This document shows, piece after piece, positions 37,586 through 50,767 of a stretch of 64,000 nt of DNA. Each line of letters starts with the position of its first letter. Position 1 is the first letter of the stretch. Position numbers and translations under genes: made by a program. The notes under the pieces were generated by a model, which made no database searches, was not told the DNA's origin, and worked only from the letters and a program-made list of their open reading frames with translations. This stretch comes from Bugula neritina (lineage: Eukaryota > Animalia > Bryozoa), in assembly GCA_964035545.1 (NCBI GenBank), contig OZ037772.1:8921150-8985149 (forward strand), read 5' to 3'.

Positions 37586-38419
37586 ATGTTGAGGAGACCC
37601 CCGCAACGTATTGAGCTCAGGGCACAGGTAATATTTGTAATGTTCAGGAAACTTCTAGAAGCCAGTTTTTTGAGTTCAGTATTGTTAGAGTTATCTTTTG
37701 CTGCTAACACAATGCTTGAATTCCAACTGTAGTTGCAGTGTTAATGCCTCATTGTCATATGTATTGTTAAATTTGACATTATTATAGCATTTTTACTACT
37801 GTGGACATTGAGCATTGATTTCTTACAGCAATAATATTCTAATATTGTTCATTTAAATGCCTTTCAATTATCAAATATATCCTTTATTACTGACAGCTTT
37901 TTCATTAGTTTAAGGTTTTTATAACATGTAATATTGCCACTGAGAAATTGAGCAAAGTTTGTCGGCATGTTTTCTAGCAGCTGTTATATTTCGAGTTCCT
38001 AAATTTTTCAGTTGAGAAAAATTTCATTTGGTTTCACCATGACTTGCAGCATTTTGGCTATCTTCTATCTCATAACACTGGTAATGATCTGAGATAAATT
38101 TGTTTGTCTAATTGGCGTGTGAGTCTCAATCTTTTTGTTGATATTCAAAGGCAGACGATGAAAAACCCTTTAAGTTTTTGAGGAAAGACAACTCCTAGCT
38201 ATCTTTATATTCTATTTGTATTTGTAGGACGTGGCTGAGTGGGAAGAACGTAAAAAAGAGCGCGAATTAGAAAAAAAGTCATCCTCCCCACCTTCTGTCC
38301 TGCCTACTGAGAAATCCAAGGCTGCCAGAACAGCTGAAATTAACGAGAGGATTGGGTATAACCCCGATGTAGTCGAACAACCCACAAACACTAATTTCAC
38401 TCTGCCTCACAGGCTTTAA
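37586..38419 (+). CDS. CDC26: Anaphase-promoting complex subunit CDC26 (APC12), 77 aa
   Basis: Exon 37586-37627 (MLRRPPQRIELRAQ) plus exon 38228-38419 (DVAEWEERKKERE...INERIGYNP...HRL*). Matches the CDC26 signature MLRRxPTRLELxxxDIEE and INDRIGY. AATAAA at 38548-38553. Confidence 0.93.
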
Positions 38420-39799
38420 AATTTACCTGGAACTTCTCCTCTACAGAAATGTTTCGGGTAATGTGCGGTGAAAAACTGATTTAATTGTACATAATTGTTT
38501 ATATATTTTCTTATTGAGTATTGTATAAATTACTAGTACTTGAAGCAAATAAACTTTTTATTGTATAAACTTTGTATTGTATAAACTTTGTATTGTATAT
38601 GTTATGCTAAAATCTATTGACTATTTTTTAAAAAAGTTACCTGTAGCAGTAACCTATTTAATGAAATATATATAGTAGAGGTAATAACTGTATGCAAAGT
38701 AACCATCGCCTAATATAATTATATAATAAATGGCAGGAATAGCTTCTTGTTAGTTTTTTGAGTTGTCTACCCTTCACATGAATAAGTACATGCTTGCCAA
38801 GCAGAATTCCTCTTCGAATACATTATTTTTTCATTAGCATTTCTGTAGAACAGACAACTCTTACTACATGCCAATAAGTTGGCTGTGTCATGCTTGTAAG
38901 TTAATATACAGGAAATGCAATTAGCTTAGTTCCTACATAATTTCAATGGGTTATTTACTATTCACAGCACGCTACATGCTAAGCAACACTTGGGTACCTC
39001 CATGCTTGCCACTCTATGTCAAAGCTTGCAGTAGTTATGTCTAAGTTATAGACTCATTGCTTTACTCTGCAAAAATCCGTTTGAAAATGTTTTAAAAATG
39101 AAAACTCACTTATATTTAAATTCTGTTAAATTAGAAAAAAATTACCAAAACCTAAGATCTTGGTGTGACAACACTATTATATAGTTTCCACAAATTGAAT
39201 TTTGACAAAAGTAGTTGTGTTCTCTATCTTAAGTCATTCCAATAATGTTCATCCTTACTTATAATAGTTTGACTAGCTTTTAGGAATAATATATTGCTGT
39301 CTTATTATAATACGAACTAGTAGTTGCAAATTTTCATCTAAACTGTGTGGCCTATGGTGAGAGGACCTAATTTCTTACAATGGTTGGGTAACAATTATAA
39401 TAGTTATAGTTAATACATACTTTCTCAAAAATTATAAATGAAGTAAAAGTAATGGCGAAATGTTTATAAAATTCACTTACACAATTATATGTTGTGAACT
39501 TGCAAAGTATAGACAATATAATATTGTTTTTAGATACATAACAGTACAAGCTGCTGCTGTATATAGCATACAGTTACTTACAGAACACTACATTCTCCTT
39601 GATAAAACAATTATTTATAGATCAACTAAGGCTCCAGCCATGACATATAAATATGTTAATATATTTTCATTTTAAAACATTGGTTCAGCATATTTTAGTG
39701 TATACCTATACATAATAAAGAACTAAATCTCAAATTACCAATCTTTTAAACTTTCCTATGTCATAGTGAAATCTATCAATGTTCCGAAACTTTATAAGC

Positions 39800-40155
39800 T
39801 GTGAATCTGGGTCAAACCGAGTCTCATAATAAACAGGAAGTTTATGACATGTTTGATAGCGATGAGTTCATTCAACAAGAGTATTGTTCAACAATATGAC
39901 ACTCATCAACATGTTGATGGACTTCTGTCAAATTCTGAGTGATGTTTCTATGGGAACAGATTATAGCAGGGAATCTAATAAGTTGCAATGGATGTGTTAT
40001 TAGATGCATGAAGCAGTATAAATGGAATAAAAACGCAGCAGCAACAGCAAATCCAGCTGTATATATATTATATAAGAATTCCTTGGTATGATCCATTCGA
40101 AGCATGTTAACACAATGTCTGGCTTCAGAGCTATGATTTCAAACTTTGACCTCTC
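39800..40155 (-). mobile_element. Possible decayed non-LTR retrotransposon APE endonuclease remnant
   Basis: Minus-strand fragments LKPDIVLTCFEWIIPRNS and FDRSPST resemble PDIIxxxE and YRSP motifs of CR1/L2-like endonucleases. Many stops and frameshifts. Confidence 0.3.
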
Positions 40156-43100
40156 TTTATTTGTATTTTATAACAATTCCTTAAAAATTTTAAGTTCTCT
40201 GTTAGTTCAGGTCTTTAACTGCTTGTGTTGGGTAAAATGTTGATGAAGCCACTCATTCAATTCATAGACAAACAATTCCTATTATTCACAATAGCAGTAT
40301 TCTTATCTGTGTGCTGATATGTATCTATTTCAAATCATTTGTACTCATGGCCAAAAAATAAAACTGTTATTTGATATTAATGCAAGTTGCAAAACATAAT
40401 GTTATGTGTAAACACAGGCAGAGTTCACTCAGCATTCTTAAAACTTCATAGAATGAAAGTTTGACAGCTGTCAGCATAGCACTTTATTGTCTGAGACTTG
40501 TGGCTTATGTTTGAGATTTAGATGGCATGTAATTAAATCGTGTTAGAGATATTGGTGCATAGTTTGTTGTGAGATATATAAGGCTATATTTATTATGATG
40601 AGATAGCTATTATTATATATTAGCTATTATTAGTCATAAGATTTCTACAGTAGCTATCGTTTGAATCAGAAATTATGGTGATAAAATAAAGGGTCGGATA
40701 AAATATCTAAGTGTGAACTGGGGGAGTTAGAACTAAACAGCACAATTATTCAATAATTTACTACAATTAATAATTGTTGAATTTTAATTGAAGCATTGCT
40801 TAAGTTTAAACTTATTAAGCTATTTAATTCTTCCTTGTTCTTTTGTGTCAAATAACTCCAAACTTATGATCATTACCCCCTTGCTAGTTTTACTGTGTAC
40901 GCCAATGTGACTAATGGATTGCGGTGAAATTATTTGGCAATGCCTGGTTAAAGGACAGTTTAGTATTTAATAGATAAGCAAGAGGCATTGTGCATAAATA
41001 ATGATAAATCGGTTCCTATTATTGTGACACTGATGTAGGCCAAAACTAAGCGTAACTTTTAACACTATTGAACATTAACTCATAATAGTTGAAAGGCTTT
41101 CAAACTGTCATACAGCCTTAAACTGTGAACGAGAAACTTCCGGAAAGCATAGGCAGTAGCCCTCTTATCACTGGTGAGTGTGTAATGCTAATATCGGATG
41201 CATACTTGACAATATTCTCCAACACAGGATTGATTGGTAAACATAGCTTGTTGCTTGTTGCCAGCAAAGTACTTTGTAGTAAAGAATTGGTGGTTGTAGA
41301 AGCATATTATATATCAATCAGTTTTTAGTGGTGTATAGCTTTTCAGTAAAGTTGAGTAACCAAATCTAAATGTTTTGTGTAACACGGGGCTTTTTGTGTT
41401 GCATTCCTTTTAAATCAAATATGTGTTACTTGATTTAGACTAACAGTTTTTTACAACTAGAAAATATTGCTTAAAAGAAACTTATTTTGATTTTGATAGT
41501 TGATGTCCTTCAATCTTTCTTATGAGTAATAACTTGAGGGATCCGTAGATGCAATAATGAAGAAATTTAAAAAAGCCTGAGTTTTACATTGGAGATACAG
41601 CAAAAGAAGTTATGTTCTCCTAAAAGTTTCAACCTCAGCCTCAGGCCAATATTTATTAAAAAAGTTGAAGAATTTAAGCTAACAAAACTTTTTCGCTACT
41701 ACACCTAAATGGTTTGAAGTACAAATTAGGACACTCCCATGAGAGCATAACTTCTATTGCCATGTTTCTCATCTAGAACACAGACTAAATTCCGAAACTC
41801 TCCGTCACTGTATCAACAGGATGTGTTGGTATGCAAATCTGCTGGGTCATTTTCATTTCTTAGACAATAACTTGTCAAAGATTGTTCAGGGTTCAAACTC
41901 AGACTTAGGCTATTGTATATCGAGTGACAATTTACGGTCCATTTTGAGTGTAGAATTGTGGCAAAGTGTGTAACCAGCTATAGAAATGATGATTAAGCAT
42001 TTCCTATTCACAAAAACTTAGAGCACAAAAATTAATTGCTAGATTTGTAGGCATGATTTGATTTGAGAATAGATGTGTATCATTCTAAAATACTTCTAGC
42101 TTACAAGTAATAATATAGATTATCCGTATCACATAATCAGATAATGAAATAATTTAATAAGAAAAATGAAAGCTTATATTTATAGGTTTTGAGCTGAATT
42201 ACTATGCCTTGTGTGGCTGATGGATATATATAACTGAAACTTGAGAGTCATTTCTGTTTAAAGATTTATCAGTTTGATTATAGTTGAGTTCATGCCCACC
42301 CTATGTCAGTGACATCTATATGGGTATCTAATAATGGCTCAAACAACTCCTTAGCAAAATCTGGTAACAGTCACTACAGTATTCAAGCAAATAGATTTTT
42401 CATTCCTTCAGTGTTTGAAAACAGTGGCATCTATAATGAAACCACATGCAACCAGAACTATTGAAAAAGCAGTGATTGTCTACTATTTCAAACGTAGAGT
42501 AAGATAGGCATTTTTCTGCTAGATTTATGGTTTGAAGAAGCTTTTCCTGTAGTTAAAAATGGTTGGAATCTTCATTCCATGATTCCCTACGTTTGAAAGA
42601 TTGGATTATGCCATATATGAGAGTGAATTCCTAGGATAATGGGTAACCACATTGACGATTAACTGAATACATTTAGTAACAAAGTCAATCAGTTTTAATG
42701 AATAATATTTACCAGATGCCAACTTTTACGTATAATATACATCATAGGCTCTTCACTCATATATTGTATAATATTTCATAGCAAAACATAACATAATACA
42801 ACTAGAACACTTTACATTTGAAAATCATTATTTATTGCCGAAGTGATGATATATACATGTAGTGCCAGTAGCATTACAGCCAACGCAATGCAGTATTCGA
42901 ATGTGGAAATCCATTCAACATGTGATTGCATTTAGAAATGTCAACGGCTGTGAAATATTATGAGAATCAGACTATGTTGTAATAAGGTTCATGTGTAAGG
43001 CTCAAGAAATGTAATAGTAGATTTATAGCTAGTATAATGTCCACTGAAATATAATACACTGTATATACTATTTCAGTGAGATGACTGCTATGATATAATG

Positions 43101-44329
43101 CTGCTTTTACCCCTCACTAATTGTAGCTTGGAATTTTATACTGGAAATTTGTTTACATTATATATATTATATTCTTCCTATGGTATAGCAACTTTCTTTG
43201 ATTTGTTGGTACTAAGGCTTTTTTGACCAAACTTTTCTAAAGTCCTTTTAGTTAGAATATAATGCATCAGCTAATTTTATTTTTACGAATTAAATTTAAA
43301 AGATACATGGGCAGAAGTTCTCCTCACTTTCGAAACTTAAGACTAGTTGCTAAAAGTCATTAGCTGTAAGTTTCTATGATGACGCTATATTAGTTCATGC
43401 TATTTTGTTAGTTGCGTGCTCATATCTCACAAAATGAACATCAATATGCCTAAAACCTCAGACTATTTGCAGCAATGGTACTCAGGCTATGTGACATGAA
43501 ACTTTTGAAAAGCAGTAGCAGTGGTAGAAATGCTAGACACGATAATGAAATGACCTCAAAATATGCACACTGCACTTTGTTGCTAACTGCAACCTCACTA
43601 CAACTAAATCTTCATCGTGTTGACCTTGTAAAGAACTTTGACCTTTTATCTCACGTCCTAACTGACCTTATACTGCTGTCAAACTCCATTATACATAAAG
43701 TAGTAATATTAGTGCAAAGGAATTTTAATTTTAGTTTATATAATATATGAACAGACTGCATTATATGGATAGAATGCAAGGAGCAATGTTGTACTGTGAT
43801 TTTGATTTTAGCCCAAACCCAAAAGTTATTAAGAAAACTGAAAAATTTAGACCATGAAACATTTTCCACCTATAAATGGTTAAAACTTAGTTTTGAATGA
43901 TTTCAGTTTGAGTTTTGTTTTATGGTTGAATTATTGTTTACTTCAGCTATATTTATGACCTGCGTGAGCAGTCACAAAGGTGTTTTACACGAAGCTTTCA
44001 CTTGATAATATAAGTCTGTACCTATTATATAAACTGTATTAAAATTGCAGTATAGCTAAAAGAACTTGGTATATTCTATGATATTAACATATTATAGTAG
44101 AATTCTACTAAATAAGATACAATTAGAATTCATACTTTCATCATATTAATATAATGTATAAAATCATTTTGTGTTGGAAATCAATAACTATGCATAATGC
44201 AGTGTACAGGCTACTATAATACTGCTTGGGTGTTACATATTATAATATCGTATATGCATATATAATGATATAACATAGGCTATATATAAAGATAATATAT
44301 TAATATTAATATATAAAGATATTCCATAA

Positions 44330-44531
44330 GGAAGCAGCCGTGGTCTAGGGGTCAGAGTGCATAGCGCAGTAAGCACAAAGTCATGGGTTCGATCCCTGGT
44401 AAAGGCCATTGGTTATGTTAGGAAGAGCATCCAGTCATAATTGCTCCTGTGCCTCATATTAATTAACCCTTAGCCTGCTTTTAAAACACCTTTCCATCAG
44501 GGGTTTCTCACAGAGATGGTGACTGTAAACT
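44330..44531 (+). mobile_element. tRNA-headed SINE copy 5 (near full length)
   Basis: GCAGCCGTGGTCTAGGGGTCAG...GGGTTCGATCCC..AAAGGCCATTGG..AGGAAGAGCATCCAGTCATAATTGCTCCTGTGCC...GACTGTAAACT. Confidence 0.9.
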
Positions 44532-46270
44532 TTCGGAAGTTTTTGTGTATAATGATATAACACAAGCTATATAAAAATAATAACAATAATAATTAAATAT
44601 GCTGTTTATTGTATATATGAATAATATAATGATACATTATAATAGTCTGTTATCTTACCAAGTGCCAAAGATAAACAGCTAGACTATAAAAAAATGTGTT
44701 TTTGTCAAAAAATGAATGACATGAATCAGAACTAAACAGTTTTACACAACAGCATTACGATGTCATCATAGAAGTCACTTCCTGACATCAACCAATCAGA
44801 CGCAAGATAATATTTCTGCTAAGGGTAGCCCCCATGTCTATATGGTATTTCTCAGTTAGACAGGAACCTAGCTTAGTAGCTCTCCGTAGTTTTCTATCAT
44901 TTGCTTGTTTTCCATCTTGTGGGTCATCTGTACTGTGAAGTATTGTTCATTTGCGTTTTGGCCATTGTAGGGCTTATTGCTCTCTTCTGCTGGAAAATAT
45001 TCGTAATCTTTCTCAACTTTTACTCTGTACATGATAAAGGTAATATGATAATATTGCATTTTGTATTCCATCATTTAATATGTTATATAATAACCATAAG
45101 TCATACTAACAATTGTAGCAGTTATAGTTAACTTGAAATGGTAATGACGAATTAGTCAAATTAATATTTCCTAAGTTTTATTTAGATTTAATGTTTAAAA
45201 GCTTGAAAAGTTTAAAAAGTTCCTTGGAAATATTTTGATATCTGGCACCTTTAAGCTTATATTATATACTAAAAATTATATTATCAAGAATCTTACTCTA
45301 TCTTTGTATATATTATGTAATATGAAAAGTAAATAAATAAATAAACGAGAAACGTTTTCAATTATTGCTCTATTTATATAATTCATATAAATAAATAAAA
45401 CAAACAGAAGTATTCCAGATACTATTGAATAGCTATCTTCAGTGTTTAAATGAGAATTAAAAGTTAGAAAATTTCCTAGATGTTAATTCTAACTAACTAA
45501 TCTTATATTTTTAACTTGATCTTTCATTGAAGACATATTGAACAGAATAAATAAGTATTAAGATTTTAGCACAAGAATCTTTGAGTTATTTTAGTGACTT
45601 TGAAACTTTTATTCAATTGTTGAACTGATACTTATCTTGTTTTGTAGGCTGCAGGTAAAATTATCTGAATTGAATACAAGGTCTTTAACCTGCCAACACT
45701 GTAAACATGACCAGTCTTTTGAACGATAGTATGGATAATATTACAGGTAAGTTTTGTCAAAATAGTTTAATCAAGGTTTTCTGGTTCTACATTCCCTTTT
45801 TTTGCTACAGAATCTTTTTATTAGTTTCTAGTAATTAAAAATCACAACTGGCTTTTAAGAGCAAATCAATGCTATAACTGCTGCTAATAAAAATGCGACT
45901 GGTTTGTTTCATGTTTGAAATAAACCCCTCTTGAAAGTTTCCAGGCAAACCTAGTAAGATTAAAATACCCTTATATGTCATAGTTCCTAGCACAACATTC
46001 TTTGCCAGTGGGTCATAATTGCATCCCAGTAACGGTGTTAATAGAACATGTATTTGCACAATATTATAGTTACTACGTGAACGTAGGAATGATGCAGGCT
46101 TTATATACTGCAAAACAAGTTACAGTCACTGTAGGAAGATTTAGTGCAATTATTCAGTATGATTAGAGTGAGCAAAAACTTTCTAATGGTAAATCATAAT
46201 GTACATTATGTAATCAATTTGTCACATGGGAATTGTAAATACAATGGAATAAAAGCTCATGTGGGTGTAT

Positions 46271-46471
46271 GTTAGCCATCTCTGTGAGAAACCCATGATT
46301 GAACGGGTTTTTTGTTGATTCTGGCTGAGGACTTATTCAGATCGCGCTGGATGCTCTTCCTAACATCACCAATAGCCTTCACTGCGGGGATCAAACCCAT
46401 GACTTCATGCTTACTGAGCCAGTGCTGTATCCTCTAGACTCTAGAGTCTAGACTCTAAACCATTTCTGCTC
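46271..46471 (-). mobile_element. tRNA-headed SINE copy 6
   Basis: Plus strand CTGGATGCTCTTCCTAACATCACC and GGGATCAAACCCATGACTTCATGC are the reverse complement of the family core and B box. Confidence 0.85.
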
Positions 46472-46667
46472 TTTTATATAAGTGATTTATAATAATTATA
46501 CTAAATATACATTCTTCAAGAAACATAATAATTATGATCTAAGAAATAATCCTACTTTTTGACACATATAATAATAACAAAATGGGTACTGTTTAACTGA
46601 TAACTGATAACTTCTAATGCTAATGATGCAGTCTTCTTTCACTGATGCACCCGTGTAACGCTACATG

Positions 46668-46801
46668 CACACACGCACACACGCACACACTCACACACTC
46701 ACACACTCACACACTCACACACTCACACACTCACACACTCACACACTCACACACTCACACACTCACACACTCACACACTCACACACTCACACACTCACAC
46801 A
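46668..46801. repeat. (CACACACT)n microsatellite
   Basis: Directly visible. Confidence 0.95.
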
Positions 46802-47031
46802 TAGTTCAAGTTAAATTGTTATAAATGTTATCATTATTTTACTTGGTTGAAAGTTTCTTATGGAATAATTATCACATGAGTACCCAATATTAAAGCTCTA
46901 TAGAGACACATAAATGTATACATTTTCAGTAAAAATAACTAATTTATATTCAAACAGTCATCTTAACAGAAGGCATATGAGTTACAAAAACTCTCAGCTA
47001 GATAATTGCTTGTAGTTTGGAGGTTCTACAA

Positions 47032-47168
47032 GCAGCCCCAAGTTACAGGTGAATAAGTACTGAAGTTTGGGGTTTGGATTTGGGGTCATAAATTGGCACA
47101 TGAGAGCCCCCCAACTCCAAACTCAAGAACTGCAAACTATTGCACTCTATCACCCCCATCTCAGAGCT
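47032..47168. mobile_element. Palindromic MITE-like element, family A, diverged copy
   Basis: Starts GCAGCCCCAAGTT and contains CCAAACTCAAGA..CAAACTATTGCACTC.ATCACCCCCA.CTCAG, as in 7432-7555. Confidence 0.65.
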
Positions 47169-50066
47169 TTAGGGGTAGCTGTGGAAAATTAAGACAGCCC
47201 AAGCTTTGTAATTTTATTTTTAAATTTTGGTTTTGGGCGAAGGTTGAAATTATTGTGAGAACATAAGCTACTTTGCTATGTTTTTAATCTAAAACACAGG
47301 CTTTTCTCAATTTCTCCACTGCTGCAACTCACTCCTAATAATCATACCAGAAATAATGAGTCATGCAGAGTGAATTCTTGTGGCATCTGTTTATATAGGT
47401 TCCTGGTTGCTCATATAGGCAATAGAAGTAGCCAATAATTAAATAATAATCAATATATAAAAATATATATTTACTAATCAATATAATATAATAATCAGTG
47501 ATTATTAATCATTTTATAATAACAAATATTGGTTTATATTTTTTAATTAGTTATTTGCCTCAACCAAAGGACCATTGCAGTTACAAACCCGTTCGAGGTG
47601 TACTATAAGCATATTGGGACAATAACTCCTAATATTTTAAAACTAAAAAAATTATTTTTCAGATACAAAAATTATCATTGTCAGCTATATAAACATCTCT
47701 GATATACACTTTAGTTACAGTAAATTATAGTTCATGTAGTTCAGAGATAAGTATAACATGTTTTTACAAACAAACTGAGATGTACATCTGCAGTCATGAT
47801 TCATCAATGTGATAAAATAATCACAGTATATATTCATGTTAATATTAGATTTCTAAATATTCGATATAGCCATTAGATAAGCTATATATAACAATATCTG
47901 TTGGGAACTATGATAAATAATGCATTTACCATCAATATTAGTTTTGACAATTTTGACAATTTTGACAATAATAAACAAAATAATATATCTAGCAGGACTT
48001 AGACTATGAATTATATTATTGTGGCAATTTTATCAATTGTGGGTATATTGTTTCCTGCCAAAATGTCATAATTTTTCCAAAATTGGTTTTTCAGTGTTAT
48101 GTGATTAAATTATCAAACCTATTCCAGAGATGAACTCTGAATAATAGATTAGAGAATGGCAGAGAGTCACACAGAAATATAGATTGTCTTTCTATAAGTC
48201 ATGCTTTTGGTTTACTCAAGGCATGTACCATATCTCATAGTTTGGTTCCCACATTAAAAGGCTTTTGACTTTGGCGAACAATGGGAATAGCTAAGCATAT
48301 CATGTTGGTCCTATGTGAAAAGCAGTATATCTATTATCCTATACCACTATAAAAGTCGTAGAGAACTTCGGGTCAATCAGTGGTAATGGGATTTGTATTA
48401 CATTATATAGATTTCGTCAACGATCCTAGCCTAATGAGGCGCAATTGAAATAAGTAATTGATTGGCTGGAGGTACAACCAGTTCAACTTCATTGGTTAGG
48501 CAACGATCGTAACAACTAAAACAAGTGGTGGATACAGTTAGGGTTGACATTAAAACACGGCAATTTCTAGCAGTAATTTGCATTCTAAATCAATTTTTTC
48601 ATGCAAAAGGTTTTAGAAGCTAGGAGTTATGAGAAAGAATAATATAATGTAATAATTTTGATTGAAAAGTTTTAACAAATGCAGGTCTGAATTTTTATTT
48701 AAATCTGCTCCTTTTAGACTTTGTTCTGAACAAAGGATATTAATTACTGTAGCTATTAGATAAGAATTTAGTCTTGTAAGTATTTTGAAAGCATAATTGT
48801 CTTCTCACTCAATTTCAGCTCATATTATAAATTTATCAATATTCATTATAAAGACATAATTGTCTTCTCATTAAATAATAGTCTATTACAACTTTATTGC
48901 TACCATAATATAATATCATTTTGTAAAATGTTTTTATTTTCATAGCATTTTTTGCTTAGTATTATAAAATTTTATGCTGCATTGTATATAGCCTACATAT
49001 GCATATAATGAGCTGCATGTAGTAGACGAAAAGAAATATCGCAATTATATAAAAGATGTAGAAATTATTTGTAGAATATAAACAAATGCAAAATAATTTA
49101 ACAAACATATAACTTTACGAACCTCAGCATTTAAATTTAGTTTGCGGCAAGAATAATTTTTTGCTTGTAAAAAATTAAGTAAAAGGTACCAACAATTTTG
49201 TTTCTTGTTTTTAATGTTATATTTGTTAACATTGTAGATGTGCCTGTATTACACTATATTGAGTTCTGATTATTTTGGTTTAACATTGTAAATAACATAT
49301 TGTGCAGTATATACAAAATGAGCACATATATAAAACATATACTCATAGTGAAAGTATAAGTTCTAATTTTTTTTGCAAATTCATGCATACTATTTGAAAT
49401 ATATGCATACAACTTGGTGTTTCTGATTTGTACATGAACAATTTTATTGCTAAATGCTAAGTAATTATTTAAATTTTTCTACAACAAATTCGTCGACATG
49501 TTTTATATACCATCTTTTAGCATATACACTTGCAACACTCCTATGCAATTACATATAACTGTAGCTATAGTAAGTTGTTCATAAAATAGCAACTATTATG
49601 AGTGCTACATTTTTACACACACACTCACACACGCACACACACATGAAGAAAAGCAAGCATATAGTTTACTGTCATGAGTTACTTGCAAAAATAAGTTGAA
49701 ATATATGTTGAAGACTTCATACATTAATACAAATGGTATACTCTCAGACATGAGAGGAGCGACATAGTGCACATGCTCTTAGGAGTTGCATTATCACCTT
49801 CTTCCTTGGTGTCATCAAAAATATGGCATTGAAAGAAGACAATCACTGCTTTGTGGTTTACATATTTGTATTCCTTTTAAAACGTAGTTAAAAAATATAT
49901 ATACATATTTTCTAACTTGAAAAAATGCTCTATGTAGCTGCTTATATTTTAAAAAAAATTTTAGGTAGCAAAAGTAAGGAATTTTTGACATATTTACTGC
50001 AGGGGTGTGATAAACAAATGGACATAACATGCTTGTTTTAAAGCTAAAATATGATGTAACAGAATT

Positions 50067-50264
<198 letters not shown>

Positions 50265-50698
50265 TATATACATAATGAATGTCATTTCACTATATAACAA
50301 GAAGAAATAGGCTGCTATTTTTACACTTCTGTGCAGTAATTTAAAAGCTTTGATAGCTTAACCTTCTTCATCTGGATAACAAATTTTAGCGTGGGGTGCG
50401 GGTTAATAAAAATGTAATCACAAGAACATGTACATAACTTAATTTCTCCATTATTGCACCAACTATCAATATTTACTTAATAACTAAACCCTATATTTAG
50501 CCCAGTGTTCAGTATCTAACTAATATGTATGTACTATATACACTGTCCACCTGTTGAGTGTTATTTAAAAAGTGAAAGAAATTCTACAACTATAGTCATA
50601 TTTGACCCATCACTATTATTACACATATCAATGTGTAAAATTAGTAAAAATAATTTAGTGGAAGTATTTGACAAGAATGCAAGATTGCAAAAAATTTA

Positions 50699-50767
50699 GC
50701 CAACTCCAAGGATTGAACCCATACCCAATGAGTGCAAAGGAGACGCTGTTTACCACGAAGCCAATGC
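50699..50767 (-). pseudogene. Degenerate tRNA-like remnant
   Basis: Minus strand GCATTGGCTTCGTGGTAAACAGCGTCTCCTTTGCACTCATTGGGTATGGGTTCAATCCTTGGAGTTGGC followed by TAAATTTTTT. A/B-box-like motifs and T-run, but poor stem pairing. Confidence 0.35.

Noticed and set aside
41536-41973. Long plus-strand frame with few stops (EHNFYCHVSHLEH...LWQSV)
   Set aside because: No recognisable motif or splice context; cannot be supported as coding.
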